Notes: a model not told the origin generated them from the sequence alone. A stretch of 64,000 nt of DNA from Rhodothermales bacterium (GCA_965116435.1 OZ220686.1:325005-389004), one strand, 5' to 3'; positions 1 to 10,388 are shown, counted from the first letter of the stretch. Translations and numbers: made by a program.

Positions 1-712
1 CGACCGCAAAACGCATTACATCAAGCGCGTCGTGGGCATGCCGGGCGAACGCCTCGAAATAGTCGATAAAGAGGTGCGCGCCGACGGCGCCGTCGTGCCC
101 CTCGGCGAAACGATGCAGCAATATTGGGACGTACGCAAAAGCGATCCCCGCATGCAGCTTTCCGGCGCCGCGCTCCGGGACCTGGGCGTGTCGGACTTCC
201 AGACCACAGAGGACATGAGCGTGGTGCGCGTGCAAGCAACGCCCGGGGCCGCAGAAGCCATTGAGGCCTGGTCCTGGATCGATCGCGTCGAGCCGTCTAT
301 CGTGCGGGATGGCGCCGCCGGATACTATAATATGGCCATGCACCCCTCGGGGCGCGGCTATACCCCCGACAATTTCGGCCCGATAACCATTCCCGCCGAG
401 AGCCGCTCCATTGCGTTAACGGAAGCGAACTGGCCCCTCTACGGCCCGGTCATCGCCCGATACGAAGGCCATGCCGTCCGGCAAACGAGCGACGGGGGCT
501 TCGAGGTGGATGGCGAACCGGTTACGTCCTGGACGTTTCGACAGGATTACTACTTCGTGATGGGGGACAACCGGGACAATTCGGAAGACAGCCGCTTCTG
601 GGGCTTCGTGCCCATGGACCACATCGTAGGCAAGGCCGTGCTGATCTATTTTTCCTGGGACAAGGAGGCCGTGTTACCCCGTTTCGGAAGATTCTTCCAC
701 GTGATCCGGTAG
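1..712 (+). CDS. lepB: Signal peptidase I, C-terminal part (5' end lies outside the window)
   Basis: The frame is open from the window edge ([18 protein letters not shown] resembles the SPase I YIKRV.G.PGD box). The C-terminal box E motif [17 protein letters not shown] is present. Confidence 0.85.
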   Translation, partial: DRKTHYIKRVVGMPGERLEIVDKEVRADGAVVPLGETMQQYWDVRKSDPRMQLSGAALRDLGVSDFQTTEDMSVVRVQATPGAAEAIEAWSWIDRVEPSIVRDGAAGYYNMAMHPSGRGYTPDNFGPITIPAESRSIALTEANWPLYGPVIARYEGHAVRQTSDGGFEVDGEPVTSWTFRQDYYFVMGDNRDNSEDSRFWGFVPMDHIVGKAVLIYFSWDKEAVLPRFGRFFHVIR

Positions 713-1681
713 CGGCGGGGCCGAGCCCGTGTTTTCGGACCGCAGCCGGTCGAAGCGCCTTTGCTGCGGCGTGCCCGCCGGCACGTCGTAGGGGTCGTCG
801 GGCAGTTCGATCCGCCGTAGCGCCGGCGTTTCGCCCCGGATAAACGGCGCGGGCGCGCCGTCCGGATCTTCCCCGACGACCAGCACCGTAGTGCCCTGCG
901 CAAGAATGCGGCTGCCGGTGGAGCCGGGGCCAACCAGGCCGTTCTCCACGCGCCAGGGGTTCGCCCAGTCGTAGATCCATTTTGCGTCCGATTCCACCAG
1001 CCGCACGCATCCGTGGCTGGTGGGCCCGCCGGTAGGCATGGGGTACTGGTGCACATGTATCCCCCGGGCATTGTGAAAATTGAATACCCAGTACATCTCC
1101 CAGCGTTCGCCGGGCGGACTCAGGGAGGATATGCGGTACTCGGTTTTCCAGTTGAAATTGAAGCGACCTTGCGGCGTCGGGTTGGCAGGGACGCCCGTAT
1201 TGACGATGCCCCAGCGGGCCAGCTCGCCCTGCTCGTAGGCGGCCCAGGCCTGTATCGTTTTGTGGATGACGAACAACTTGTCGAACTCCCGGGCCCCCGG
1301 ATACGTCACGGGAAACGGCGCATAGGCCCGGAAATCGGTCTCGAATTGTCGGGGAATCACCAGCGTGTCGCCAATTTGCACGGTGCCCATCAAGCGACGG
1401 TTCAGCAGTTCCACCAGCTTGGAGCGGGCATGCCCCCGTTTGGCGTCGCCGCCGCCCATGATCTTGTAAAAACTGTTGCGGGCCAGCACCGTGCTGCCCC
1501 GGCCGTCGCCCAGCACGAAATAGGCGTATTCCACCTTGGGCAGGTCCGCCACATGCTCGACGCGGTATTTTTCCAGCACCGCCTCGATGTCCTGCTGATT
1601 GATGTAGGACTGCGCTGCCGCGGCCTGACTTCCCGCCATCAGCAAGAGCGCCCCAAGCATTCGTTTGAAAAGAGTGTCCAT
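674..1681 (-). CDS. L,D-transpeptidase family protein (YkuD domain), secreted
   Basis: 335-aa ORF with N-terminal signal peptide [17 protein letters not shown] and the YkuD catalytic motif [10 protein letters not shown]. Its 3' end overlaps the lepB 3' end convergently by 39 nt. Confidence 0.8.
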   Translation of the reverse strand: MDTLFKRMLGALLLMAGSQAAAAQSYINQQDIEAVLEKYRVEHVADLPKVEYAYFVLGDGRGSTVLARNSFYKIMGGGDAKRGHARSKLVELLNRRLMGTVQIGDTLVIPRQFETDFRAYAPFPVTYPGAREFDKLFVIHKTIQAWAAYEQGELARWGIVNTGVPANPTPQGRFNFNWKTEYRISSLSPPGERWEMYWVFNFHNARGIHVHQYPMPTGGPTSHGCVRLVESDAKWIYDWANPWRVENGLVGPGSTGSRILAQGTTVLVVGEDPDGAPAPFIRGETPALRRIELPDDPYDVPAGTPQQRRFDRLRSENTGSAPPLPDHVEESSETG

Positions 1682-1726
1682 GGCGTTCAGGCGGCCGCGC
1701 GCCGCGTGCCGCGAAGATTCGGCAGG

Positions 1727-2755
1727 CTATGCGGGGGTTCCGTGCAAGGCCCGTAGTTGTTCGATAATATCCGGGTGTCCAAGTACGATCAGCGTATCCC
1801 GGGCGCGGATGGCGTCCCGGGCGCTGGGATTGAAGCGCATCTCCTCGGTGGCTCCATCAATGACCGCCACGACGATCACGTCGAATTCCCGACGGACATT
1901 GCTTTCCGCAAGGGATTTGCCTGCAATGGCGGCCCCGTCGCGTATGGTGATCTGGTCCATGGCCCGGTCGAGCGATTCGGCGCGAAAGAGTTCGGCCATG
2001 AATCGGTCCACATGGGGCCTCAGGATCACCTCCACCATGCGGCGGGCGCCGATCTCATCGGGGGAAATGGCCTTGTTCGCCCCGGCATGCAGCAGTTTTT
2101 TTTCAATGTTCGGCGAGTTCGCCCGTGCGAGAATGAACAAATCCTTTCGGGCCTGGCGGGCGGTCAGGCTCACGAAAACATTCGTGCTGTCCTCAGGAGT
2201 AGCAAGAATCAGGCCTTTCGCCGAATCAAGGCCCGCGCGATACAGGATGTCTTCATCCTCGGCGTCCCCGGCGACAAACGGGATGCGCGCCGCACGCAGC
2301 AAGGCGATTTCTTCCTCGGCCCGGTCGATCACCACGAACGGGTCCCCGGACCGGATCAGTTCCTCGGAAATCCGCTTCCCGACCCGGCCGTATCCGCAAA
2401 TAATGTAATGGTTCTTCATATGGCTGATTTGCCGTTTCATGTGACGTTCCCGAATTCTCCGCCCGATCAATAGCAACTGCGCGCTGCGCCCGGCGATAAA
2501 CGCCGCCGCGCCAATGCCGAGCACGGCCACGCCCATCGTAAAAAAGCGCCCCGTCGTCGACAGCTCGCCGATTTCCTCAAAGCCTATCGTGGTCAGCGTA
2601 ATGAACGTAAAATACAGGCCATCTATCCAGTTCCATCCCTCGATCAGCATGTATCCGACCGTGCCTGCCGCGAACAGCGCGCACAGAAAAATAAACACCA
2701 CGACGATTTCCCGGACGGCGACATCCATCCAGTCGGGTCGGCTGCGTGCATCCAT
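1727..2755 (-). CDS. Potassium channel protein with RCK (TrkA-N/TrkA-C) domains
   Basis: Two TM segments flank a pore with the filter-like sequence LTTIGFEE (non-canonical GFE instead of GYG). It is followed by the Rossmann motif IICGYGRVGKRI and a TrkA-C-like tail. Confidence 0.8.
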   Translation of the reverse strand: MDARSRPDWMDVAVREIVVVFIFLCALFAAGTVGYMLIEGWNWIDGLYFTFITLTTIGFEEIGELSTTGRFFTMGVAVLGIGAAAFIAGRSAQLLLIGRRIRERHMKRQISHMKNHYIICGYGRVGKRISEELIRSGDPFVVIDRAEEEIALLRAARIPFVAGDAEDEDILYRAGLDSAKGLILATPEDSTNVFVSLTARQARKDLFILARANSPNIEKKLLHAGANKAISPDEIGARRMVEVILRPHVDRFMAELFRAESLDRAMDQITIRDGAAIAGKSLAESNVRREFDVIVVAVIDGATEEMRFNPSARDAIRARDTLIVLGHPDIIEQLRALHGTPA

Positions 2756-2767
2756 GCGAACGAGGGG

Positions 2768-3274
2768 TCAAACGGCGCAGGACGGGAAAAAAGCACGCTG
2801 GTGCCAGGTCTCTTCTGCAGGCCGTTCGAACCGACCTGCCCGCAACTCGCCCAGCTGCTGTATTCCGGGATCGAACACGATGGTTTTTTCGTGCACATCG
2901 CCGGCGGCTGCGGACGCCCGAAACGCGGCCCGGGAGACCGAACGAATCGCATCGTTCGCATCCCGGTAGTGCACCGCGAGGGCGGATAGCCATTCCAGCC
3001 CCAATTCGCCCTTGGCCTGGTCCAGCGCATGCACGGACGCATCGATTCCGCAGCCGGAAATGTCCCCGCCGGGAATATGGCCCGCAATGACGGCGAACCG
3101 GCTTTCCAGCATGCCGGCAGCGCTTCGTACGGGACGCCCGTGCGACGTCCAGGACGCGCAAAACGATTGCAGGATCTCGACGGTCCTGTTTTCTTCGAGT
3201 TCGTTCAGGTCCCGGTCCGCCGCATACACCCAGATGCGCGCCGCGTCGGGCAGATGGTCAAAAGGTTCGCTCAT
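2768..3274 (-). CDS. Conserved hypothetical protein (about 168 aa)
   Basis: The ORF 2768-3343 was trimmed to the ATG at 3274 (MSEPFDHLPDAARIWVYAADR..). It resembles a small FCB-group family I recognise only vaguely, and no catalytic motif was identified. Confidence 0.45.
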   Translation of the reverse strand: MSEPFDHLPDAARIWVYAADRDLNELEENRTVEILQSFCASWTSHGRPVRSAAGMLESRFAVIAGHIPGGDISGCGIDASVHALDQAKGELGLEWLSALAVHYRDANDAIRSVSRAAFRASAAAGDVHEKTIVFDPGIQQLGELRAGRFERPAEETWHQRAFFPSCAV

Positions 3275-3389
3275 GCGTGCAGCGTCGTATGTTGATGTCT
3301 TTATTCCGTACGCATACGTTTTTATGCGGAACACCGCGGCCAATATACGAGATGAGCTGCCAGTAGGCCGTTCGTCTTGCCTTCGCTTC

Positions 3390-3842
3390 TTATTCGCCCC
3401 TTATTTTCCTGATTAATTCACGGGCGAACAGGTTCAGAATTCCAATTCCGCCAAATGGCACAGCTATCCAGGCTTCTTCCATTAGTATGCATAAAGCTGC
3501 AAGCAACATCATGCCTGCCGAAATGCCTACAGAAGCACTGATGCTGCGTTTTGCAAGACCAATGTTGCCCTCCATTGAAGCAGCCTGTATTTCAAGCGCC
3601 TTTTCGCCCATGCCGATAATGCGATCTGCGGCGCCAGGACACACCTGTTCATACAGCTCCATTTCGGCTGCTTGCGGGAGCGGCCCACTGTAACGGTAGT
3701 GCTGCACCGTGCGTTGAAAACCGCCGACATACTCACGTACATCCTCCGGCGTGTCCGGTTTGAGCCATTGTTGAACGTCAGGCGCAACGACCGGGGCGCT
3801 GGTTACGTCAGGGCTTTCCCTGGTATTCTCTGGATGGGCCAT
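3390..3842 (-). CDS. DUF2335-like membrane protein
   Basis: The stretch YSGPLPQAAEMELYEQVCPGAADRIIGMGEKALEIQ matches the DUF2335 signature as I remember it (SGPLP...Y....PG.A.RI..M.E). Two C-terminal TM helices are present, and local GC is lower than the flanks. Confidence 0.6.
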   Translation of the reverse strand: MAHPENTRESPDVTSAPVVAPDVQQWLKPDTPEDVREYVGGFQRTVQHYRYSGPLPQAAEMELYEQVCPGAADRIIGMGEKALEIQAASMEGNIGLAKRSISASVGISAGMMLLAALCILMEEAWIAVPFGGIGILNLFARELIRKIRGE

Positions 3843-4267
3843 TTTTTACGATGAACATTGCTTCTGACAGATGACTTCCGACAAGCTGCCATGCCTCGGC
3901 GAGTATCTCTGTGTCCGTCTTTGGACTGGGTACATGCTGAACAGGGGGGCAGTTGACGTCAATGATCCTCTCCCATAGACTGCGTTCCTGAACCGGATTT
4001 TTCGGGGCTTCTATGTTCCTGAGAGGTTCCTGCATGCGTGTATTCTCGTATTGTATATGTGTACCCCCTGCGTCCAATGGCATAGGCCGCATTCTTCCTT
4101 CTGACCAGAGAGGAAGGCAAGGTTTACACCCGCCACGATACCAATTGTTGCCAAAAATCTCAACTTTTTTGGCCCATATACCTTGTCGTTCCCCCCGGAT
4201 CCGCACCATTACGAACGTTTCCGGGGCATTGCAGCCGCCTTGCTGGCCAAATAGCCCCATCGTCCGA

Positions 4268-4545
4268 GGGCGTGCAGGAGCGTCTGGCTCGAGTCTGGCG
4301 GGCAGAATGGGCGCTTGGTTTGGGGTCTGGCGGGCAGAATAGACGTCTGGTTTGGAGGCCTGGCGGGCAGGGTGGGCGCCCGGTTTGGAATCTGACGGAC
4401 AGAATGGGCGCCCGGTTTGGGGTCTGGCATGCAGAATGGGCGCCCGGTTCGGGGTCCGGCGGGCAGAGTGGGTGCCTGGTTTGGGGTCTGGCATGCAGAA
4501 TGGGCGCCCGGTTCGGGATCCGGCGGGCAGGGTGGGCGCTGGGCC
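4268..4545. repeat. Tandem array of about 8 copies of a 32-bp GC-rich unit (consensus GGGTCTGGCGGGCAGAATGGGCGCCCGGTTTG)
   Basis: Units read directly at 4291, 4323, 4355, 4388, 4420, 4452, 4484 and 4516. The period is not divisible by 3, several frames are open on both strands, and there are no unique spacers. Confidence 0.9.
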
Positions 4546-4697
4546 ATGAAATTAGGCGCTTTATGAAATATTTGAAATTTCTGAAAAATTTAACGAGGCG
4601 TAGTGGACTTTTTGGGCTTGTGGTGCGTTTATTGAAGTACTTCAAGGCCACCCTGGAGCCCCCTTGAGGAACCACCTGTTTTCGAGCCGTTTTCGTA

Positions 4698-7600
4698 GTG
4701 CGTAGCGTACCTCATCCAATATATCCAGATGCTTACCCGATGTTTATGCAGCCCCGTTTCCGACTGCGAGGAAGACATGACGATAGCCCGCCGGGCGTGG
4801 CTACGATCTCGCCGATTTCCCCTGCTGCGCAGGGATGCATGCGCAGAAATAGCCCCCCCCCCTCACTTTCCGGCGTTGGAGGTAGGGGCCGCGGCGGCGC
4901 CCCGGACGTACCATCCGGTTCCCGGCGGATTCTGCGCACCCGCGGCTTCGCGGCGTTTCTTTTCGCGCTGCTGGGCGTAGCGGGGCTGGCGGGTTTCGCA
5001 CGCCCCGCCGCCGGGCAGGACCCGGTTATCGTGTCCAAATCCTGGGCTTTCACGCCCAACGGGTTTGAGATTGGCGAACAGTTTCGGCTGCTCTTTGTAA
5101 CGTCCACCAAGCACGCCGCGAGCTCGACGGATATTGCGGACTACGACACATTCGTGCAGAATAGGGTGGCCGCCGGACATACGAAGATTCGGGAACACAG
5201 TAGCAAGTTCAAGGTGCTCGGCTCCACGTCGTCGGTAGATGCGATAGACCATACCGGGACGACCTGGACGGAGATGGACAAGGGCGTACCGATCTACTGG
5301 CTGAAAACTTCTATCGGGAGCGGCGCCAAGGTGGCCAACAACTACGAGGACTTCTACGACAATACGTGGATCAACCTCGACAACGCTAGGAATGAATCCG
5401 GGCAGAAAGTGATTACGCCCACCAATCTTGCGCATAGTATCGACATATGGACAGGGACAAATAACGACGGTACGAAGCATAAGTATCCTCTCGGCAACAG
5501 CAATCCAAATGGTAGAGTAATGTATGGTCAACCTTGGGACGGTAAACATCTAATTGGCACCAGCACTTGGGGGAGTAGGGATCAAACAAAACACCTCTAC
5601 GGCCTTTCCCCCGTGTTCGAGGTCGGCGTAGTGCCGACGAAGGTAACCCTTTCGGTGAGCGGCGGGGTTACGGAAGGGGGGGCGGGCCTCTCCATTACGG
5701 CGACCGCCTCGCAACGGAACGCCGAAGGGAATGCAGTGAGCATACCGATCTCGGTGCGGAGCCATGCCACGACCGCAGACGCCGCGGATTATACGGTGGC
5801 TTCTTCGATCAGCATTGCCAACAATGCGACGACCGGGACGACCACCTTGTCCGCGCCCTCGGGCGACGGCGACGAGCTCGTGGAGCAGGTGGTGGTCGGG
5901 CTGGACACGACGGCTACGTGGCCGGCCAACTGGCAGTGGGCGGATCCGGATTCGGTGATTGTCCCCATTACGGACAACGATCCGACGTCGGTGACGCTCC
6001 AGGTGACGGACGGCACGACGGACGAGGGGGATATGATGGACACGGCGGAGATTCAGCTTACGCTGGGCCGGGCGCTCGAATCTGGGGAGAGCATCGGGGT
6101 TCCGCTGCAGTTCGCCGGCGGCGCGCTGGGCACGAATTTTACCCTGGCCCTCTCCGGCACGCCCGCCGGCGTGGCGCTCAGTTCGAACACCGTGACGTTC
6201 ACCGGCGGCGCGGGGAACGCCTCCACGGCGACCCTGACGGTGACCGCCATGCAGGACGACCTCGGCGTTCCCGAGACGGTGACCGTGTCCATTCCGGCGT
6301 CCGACAGCGACACGCCGGGTCTTACGGCGACAGGCCTCGACGGCGGGGCCAGCGGCAGCGGCACGGGCGAGATTATGATTACGGACGACGAGCCGCCAAC
6401 CTACGTGGCGTCCATCCTGAGCGTGGCGCCGGACTCGTTCGAGGGGAACGGCACGGGCCACTCGGACCGGCTCATCACCTTTGACGTGACGCCCAGCCCG
6501 CCGGCAAAAATAAACGTCGATTTTTGCATGAGCGGCACGGCGACCTATGACCGGGACGGCGCGGAGGCGGATTATGAAATTGTCGATGCCCGCGGCGGCG
6601 GATGGGGTTTTCGCCGCGACGACAATTGCTCGACGGGCGGGTTCCTGATGCCCAACAACGCGGGGCCCTTCTCGATTCGGGTCTATAGAGATGACGATGT
6701 CGAAGAGGACGAAACGGTTACGCTGACGTTGACGACGAATAGTCAAACAGCGAACGACGTGATTATTTCCTCTACGAACAACACCGTGACCTACACGATT
6801 CTGAACGATGACTACCCGACGCTCGATTTGTCGGTGAGCGACGACGGGGAGGTGACGGAGGAGGGGGGCATGCTCACGGTGACGGCGACGACGAGCGAGA
6901 CGCTGTCCGGCAGCAGCCTTTCCATTCCACTGGAGCGCGTGGCGGCGCATTCGACCGCCGCCACGTCGGACTATACGCTTTCCGGGTCTCCGGCCGGCAC
7001 GATCACGATCGCCGACGGCGCGAGCAGCGGCTCCATTACGCTGACCACCGTGGGCAATATACGCGATGATTTCTCGAAAACGCTGCGCCTCGCCATGATG
7101 TCGCCGCCGGACGACTACGAGGTGGGCGCGGAGTATGTGGACGTGGTGCTCGTGGACGACGATTCGACGCAGGTGACGCTCTCCGTGCGAGCAGGAAACA
7201 ATACCGCCACGGAGGGCGACGCGACGGTGACGGCCAAGATAGACGTGCAGCCAGGACGGAATCTGGTGGCGCCCGAGGTGCTTGAGGTGCCGCTCCAGTT
7301 CAGCGGCGGCGCGCCCGGCGAGGATTTCTCGCTGACGCTGGAGGGTTCTCCTGCCGGCGTGGCGCTGGAGCCGACAACCGGCGTGTTGACCTTCACCGGT
7401 CCGGCCGGCAACGCCGTGGTCGTCGTGACCGCACTGGACGATGTGGACGGGATAGATGAACGGGTGACCGTAACGATACCGCTGAGTTCTGCAGGGTCCG
7501 CGCCGAAGCTCACGACGACGAACATGGATGGCGGCGCCGTGGGCGCGACAGTTGACCGCCTGGGCAGCAATGTCATTATGATCACGGACGACGACGAGGC

Positions 7601-10232
7601 TGCAGCGTCGTTCGCCTCGGCGTCGGCAAGCGAGGGGGAGGGGGCCGGGACGGTGGACCTGACGGTGAATCTGGCGCCTGCGCCAACCGAGGACATCACC
7701 CTGACCTATATGCTTACCGGCACGGCGGCGCGGGGTTCGGACTACGATATTTCGGGCGTGACGGGCAGCACGGGGACCTTGTCCGTGTTGACAGGCGCCA
7801 CGTCGGCGACCATTTCGGTCGATGTGACGGACGACATAGCCTGGGAGGACGCCGAAACGGTTGTGCTGACGCTTCAGGACGGCACGGGCTATGTGCTGGG
7901 CAGCACGACGGTGCACACGCTTACGATTACGGACAACGACACGGCAGAGGCCTCCTTCGCCTCGGCGACGTCGAGCGTGGGCGAGGCGGCCGGGACGAAC
8001 GTGACGCTCGACGTGACGGTGAATCTCAACCCCGCGCCGCCCGCGGCGATCACGCTGAACTATATGCTTTCCGGCACGGCGGGACGGATCGGGGATTACT
8101 GGATTGACGGGGTGACAAGCGCTACGGGGACCCTAACCGTGTCTCCGAACGCAACCTCCGCAAACATTACGGTGAACGTGCGGGACGACATGATCACGGA
8201 AGCGTCCGAGACGGTCCTGCTCACGCTGCAGCCCGGCGACGGCTATACGCTGGGGAGCACGAGGGTGCATACGCTTACGATTACAGACAACGATACGCCG
8301 GCGATTATCGTAACGCCTTCGCTGTTCGAGGCGCCCGAGGAGGGGCCGGCCAAGACCTACGCGATCCGCCTCGGCACGGAACCGCCGGGGACCGTGACCG
8401 TGACGCCCGTGTCCTCGGACCCGGGCGCGGCGACCGTATCCGGGCCGCTCACGTTCGACAGACTGGACTGGCAGACGGACCAGACCGTGACCGTAACGCC
8501 CGTGCAAGACAACGATGCGGACAACGAGACGGTGATGATTTCGCATACGGTGACGGGCTACGGCAGCGGGACGTCGTGGCCGGCCGTAACGGTTGCGGTG
8601 AACGACGACGAAATATCCCCGAATGTGGGCGTGACGACGAGCGCGCTGACGCTGGACCTTGCGGAGAACGGCGCCGCCGGGAGTTACATGATCCGCCTGA
8701 ACACGAACCCGGAAGCTACGGTGACCGTGACGCCTGTGTTGCCCCCGAACACAGACGCATTGACCGTTTCCGGGGCGCTTACGTTCGACGGGACTACCTG
8801 GGAGGATCCGCAAACCGTGACGGTGACGCCGCGACAGGATGCGGACTGGCTGGACAATACCGTGATGATCCGGCACCGGGTATCGGGCTATGCCGGGGTG
8901 CCGAGCAACGTTGCGGTCGGGCCGGTGACGGTGACGGTTGCGGACGACGACGAGGCGCCGCCGGTGGCCTCCTTTGCGTCCGCGTCGTCCAGCACGGGCG
9001 AAGGGACGGGGATCGTCAACGTACGGATAAACCTCAATCGCGCGGCGCCCTCGAACCTTACGCTCCGCTACAGAGTGGGCGGCACGGCGACGGGCGGAGA
9101 GGACGTTACCGTGGACAATTCCGGATCGGCCACGGTGCCTTCTGGCTCGGCGTCGGCCACGGTCACGGTGGCCATCTTGGACGACAGCGTAACGGAGGGC
9201 GTCGAAACCCTCGAACTGAGGCTCCAGAGCGGCACAGGCTACCAGGTAGGCGCCGTCAGCGTCCACATGATCGCCATCGACGACGACGATACGCCGAGCA
9301 TTGCGGCAAGCATGTCGTCCCTGGACCTGGACGAGGGCGGCGATCCCGGCGCCTACACGTTGGCCTTGGGCAGCCAACCAGACCGAACAGTAACGATCAC
9401 GCCGGTCTCGAGCGACAAGCAGGCGGCGACGGTATCGGGCGCATTGCGCTTCAATGGCTCCAACTGGCAGGACCCGCAGGTCGTCACGATAACTCCGGTG
9501 GACGATGCGGATGCGGACCACGAAACCGTAACGGTTACGCATGTCGTGACCGGCTACGGCGACATGACAATGGGGCCGGAGGTCGAGGTTTCTGTGGAGG
9601 ACGCCGCGGCGGCGGGCGTAAGGGCGAGCGTGCGCACGCTGTCCATTCAGGAGAACGGCGATCCCGCTACCTACACGCTGGCGCTGCGTACCGATCCGGG
9701 AGGCGCGGTCATTGTCACGCCGTCGTCCAGCGACGAGCAGGCGGCGACGGTATCGGGCGCGCTCACGTTCGACAGTTCCAACTGGCAGGCCCCGCAAACC
9801 GTCACGGTAACGCCTGTGAACGATACGAATGTGGAGGACGATATGGTGGTTATCTCCCATGCGGTGACGGGATATGCGGGCGTCGCGGCAGGGCCTGCCG
9901 TGCATGTCACCGTCGTGGACGCCACGACGATCATTTCCGTGGAAGAGGAAGAAAAGGAGGAGATTCCAACGGCCTTTGCGCTGGAGCAGAATTATCCGAA
10001 TCCGTTCAATCCGGTCACCACCATCGAGTTTGCGCTGGACAAGGCCGGGTACGTCACGCTCTCGGTGTACGACGTGCTTGGGAAGCAGGTGCGGCTCTTG
10101 ATGGACGGCGTACGGCCGGCGGCGCGGTACCGCGTTTCGTTCGACGCTTCGGGCCTGGCGAGCGGAACGTACCTGTACGTCCTGCGCACGGAGCAGCAAA
10201 CCGCCGTCCGAACCATGGCGCTGCTGAAGTAA
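4698..10232 (+). CDS. Giant secreted Calx-beta repeat protein with T9SS C-terminal sorting domain
   Basis: 1844-aa ORF. It contains many Calx-beta-type modules (e.g. ASFASA.S.GEGAGT..L.VNL.PAP...ITL.Y.L.GTA..G.DY.......L.....TSA.I.V.V.DD...E..ETV.LTL). The signal peptide is RGFAAFLFALLGVAGLAGFARPAAGQ and the C-terminus is FALEQNYPNPFNPVTTIEFAL...YLYVLRTEQQTAVRTMALLK. The start is uncertain (GTG 4698, ATG 4740/4746 or ATG 4839). Confidence 0.85.
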   Translation: MRSVPHPIYPDAYPMFMQPRFRLRGRHDDSPPGVATISPISPAAQGCMRRNSPPPSLSGVGGRGRGGAPDVPSGSRRILRTRGFAAFLFALLGVAGLAGFARPAAGQDPVIVSKSWAFTPNGFEIGEQFRLLFVTSTKHAASSTDIADYDTFVQNRVAAGHTKIREHSSKFKVLGSTSSVDAIDHTGTTWTEMDKGVPIYWLKTSIGSGAKVANNYEDFYDNTWINLDNARNESGQKVITPTNLAHSIDIWTGTNNDGTKHKYPLGNSNPNGRVMYGQPWDGKHLIGTSTWGSRDQTKHLYGLSPVFEVGVVPTKVTLSVSGGVTEGGAGLSITATASQRNAEGNAVSIPISVRSHATTADAADYTVASSISIANNATTGTTTLSAPSGDGDELVEQVVVGLDTTATWPANWQWADPDSVIVPITDNDPTSVTLQVTDGTTDEGDMMDTAEIQLTLGRALESGESIGVPLQFAGGALGTNFTLALSGTPAGVALSSNTVTFTGGAGNASTATLTVTAMQDDLGVPETVTVSIPASDSDTPGLTATGLDGGASGSGTGEIMITDDEPPTYVASILSVAPDSFEGNGTGHSDRLITFDVTPSPPAKINVDFCMSGTATYDRDGAEADYEIVDARGGGWGFRRDDNCSTGGFLMPNNAGPFSIRVYRDDDVEEDETVTLTLTTNSQTANDVIISSTNNTVTYTILNDDYPTLDLSVSDDGEVTEEGGMLTVTATTSETLSGSSLSIPLERVAAHSTAATSDYTLSGSPAGTITIADGASSGSITLTTVGNIRDDFSKTLRLAMMSPPDDYEVGAEYVDVVLVDDDSTQVTLSVRAGNNTATEGDATVTAKIDVQPGRNLVAPEVLEVPLQFSGGAPGEDFSLTLEGSPAGVALEPTTGVLTFTGPAGNAVVVVTALDDVDGIDERVTVTIPLSSAGSAPKLTTTNMDGGAVGATVDRLGSNVIMITDDDEAAASFASASASEGEGAGTVDLTVNLAPAPTEDITLTYMLTGTAARGSDYDISGVTGSTGTLSVLTGATSATISVDVTDDIAWEDAETVVLTLQDGTGYVLGSTTVHTLTITDNDTAEASFASATSSVGEAAGTNVTLDVTVNLNPAPPAAITLNYMLSGTAGRIGDYWIDGVTSATGTLTVSPNATSANITVNVRDDMITEASETVLLTLQPGDGYTLGSTRVHTLTITDNDTPAIIVTPSLFEAPEEGPAKTYAIRLGTEPPGTVTVTPVSSDPGAATVSGPLTFDRLDWQTDQTVTVTPVQDNDADNETVMISHTVTGYGSGTSWPAVTVAVNDDEISPNVGVTTSALTLDLAENGAAGSYMIRLNTNPEATVTVTPVLPPNTDALTVSGALTFDGTTWEDPQTVTVTPRQDADWLDNTVMIRHRVSGYAGVPSNVAVGPVTVTVADDDEAPPVASFASASSSTGEGTGIVNVRINLNRAAPSNLTLRYRVGGTATGGEDVTVDNSGSATVPSGSASATVTVAILDDSVTEGVETLELRLQSGTGYQVGAVSVHMIAIDDDDTPSIAASMSSLDLDEGGDPGAYTLALGSQPDRTVTITPVSSDKQAATVSGALRFNGSNWQDPQVVTITPVDDADADHETVTVTHVVTGYGDMTMGPEVEVSVEDAAAAGVRASVRTLSIQENGDPATYTLALRTDPGGAVIVTPSSSDEQAATVSGALTFDSSNWQAPQTVTVTPVNDTNVEDDMVVISHAVTGYAGVAAGPAVHVTVVDATTIISVEEEEKEEIPTAFALEQNYPNPFNPVTTIEFALDKAGYVTLSVYDVLGKQVRLLMDGVRPAARYRVSFDASGLASGTYLYVLRTEQQTAVRTMALLK
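4853..4862 (+). repeat. Homopolymeric C10 tract in the leader of the first Calx-beta gene
   Basis: Counted directly. It encodes SPPP between ATG 4839 (MRRNS) and the hydrophobic signal-peptide core. Confidence 0.95.
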
Positions 10233-10270
10233 GCCTGCGGGAGCGAGGGCGCGCGTCTTCGCCGTTTTTC

Positions 10271-10388
10271 GGGGGGATGTGGGGATTGATGTCGGTTTTT
10301 ATCCTGTTTTTAGGGGAAATGTGGGGACTACTGGCGTTATTTGTCCTGTTTTTCAGGGAGATGCGGGTTGTTGGCGGTGTTCGGGCGG
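10271..10388. repeat. Tandem repeat with a 42-43 bp unit, about 2.8 copies
   Basis: GGGGGGATGTGGGGATTGATGTCGGTTTTTATCCTGTTTTTA, then GGGGAAATGTGGGGACTACTGGCGTTATTTGTCCTGTTTTTCA, then a partial third copy. It lies in the spacer between Calx-beta genes 1 and 2. Confidence 0.8.

Noticed and set aside
674-712. The 39-nt convergent overlap of the lepB and L,D-transpeptidase 3' ends, considered as a regulatory antisense arrangement.
   Set aside because: It is most simply explained by a non-conserved C-terminal tail on the transpeptidase ORF running to the next stop codon. There is no supporting structure or repeat.
4268-4545. Possible CRISPR array (regular GC-rich repeats). The same question applies to 10271-10388, 15586-15702, 20378-20520 and 31379-31768.
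   Set aside because: The units are directly adjacent with no unique spacers between them. The periods (32, 42, 39, 75 and 142 bp) equal the unit lengths. No cas genes are present in the window. These are tandem minisatellites and not CRISPR.
3808-4675. ORFs 3808-4494, 4160-4675 and 4209-4547 (minus strand) and 4272-4667 and 4352-4549 (plus strand), which encode PGAHSARQTPNRAPIL-type repeats.
   Set aside because: All of them run through the 32-bp tandem array in different frames on both strands. The period is not a multiple of 3, so the apparent proteins are repeat translation artefacts. Only the 3' 75 codons (3808-4035) lie outside the repeat, and I could not support that part as a gene.
4848-4868. 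The shared flank motif GTGA-(G)n-CTAT around the tracts of gene 1 (on its antisense strand) and of paralogues A and B (on their sense strand), which might indicate an invertible promoter segment.
   Set aside because: The similarity does not extend beyond about 4 nt on each side, gene 2 lacks it, and no flanking inverted repeats were found. I treat it as coincidence unless more copies show the same pattern.
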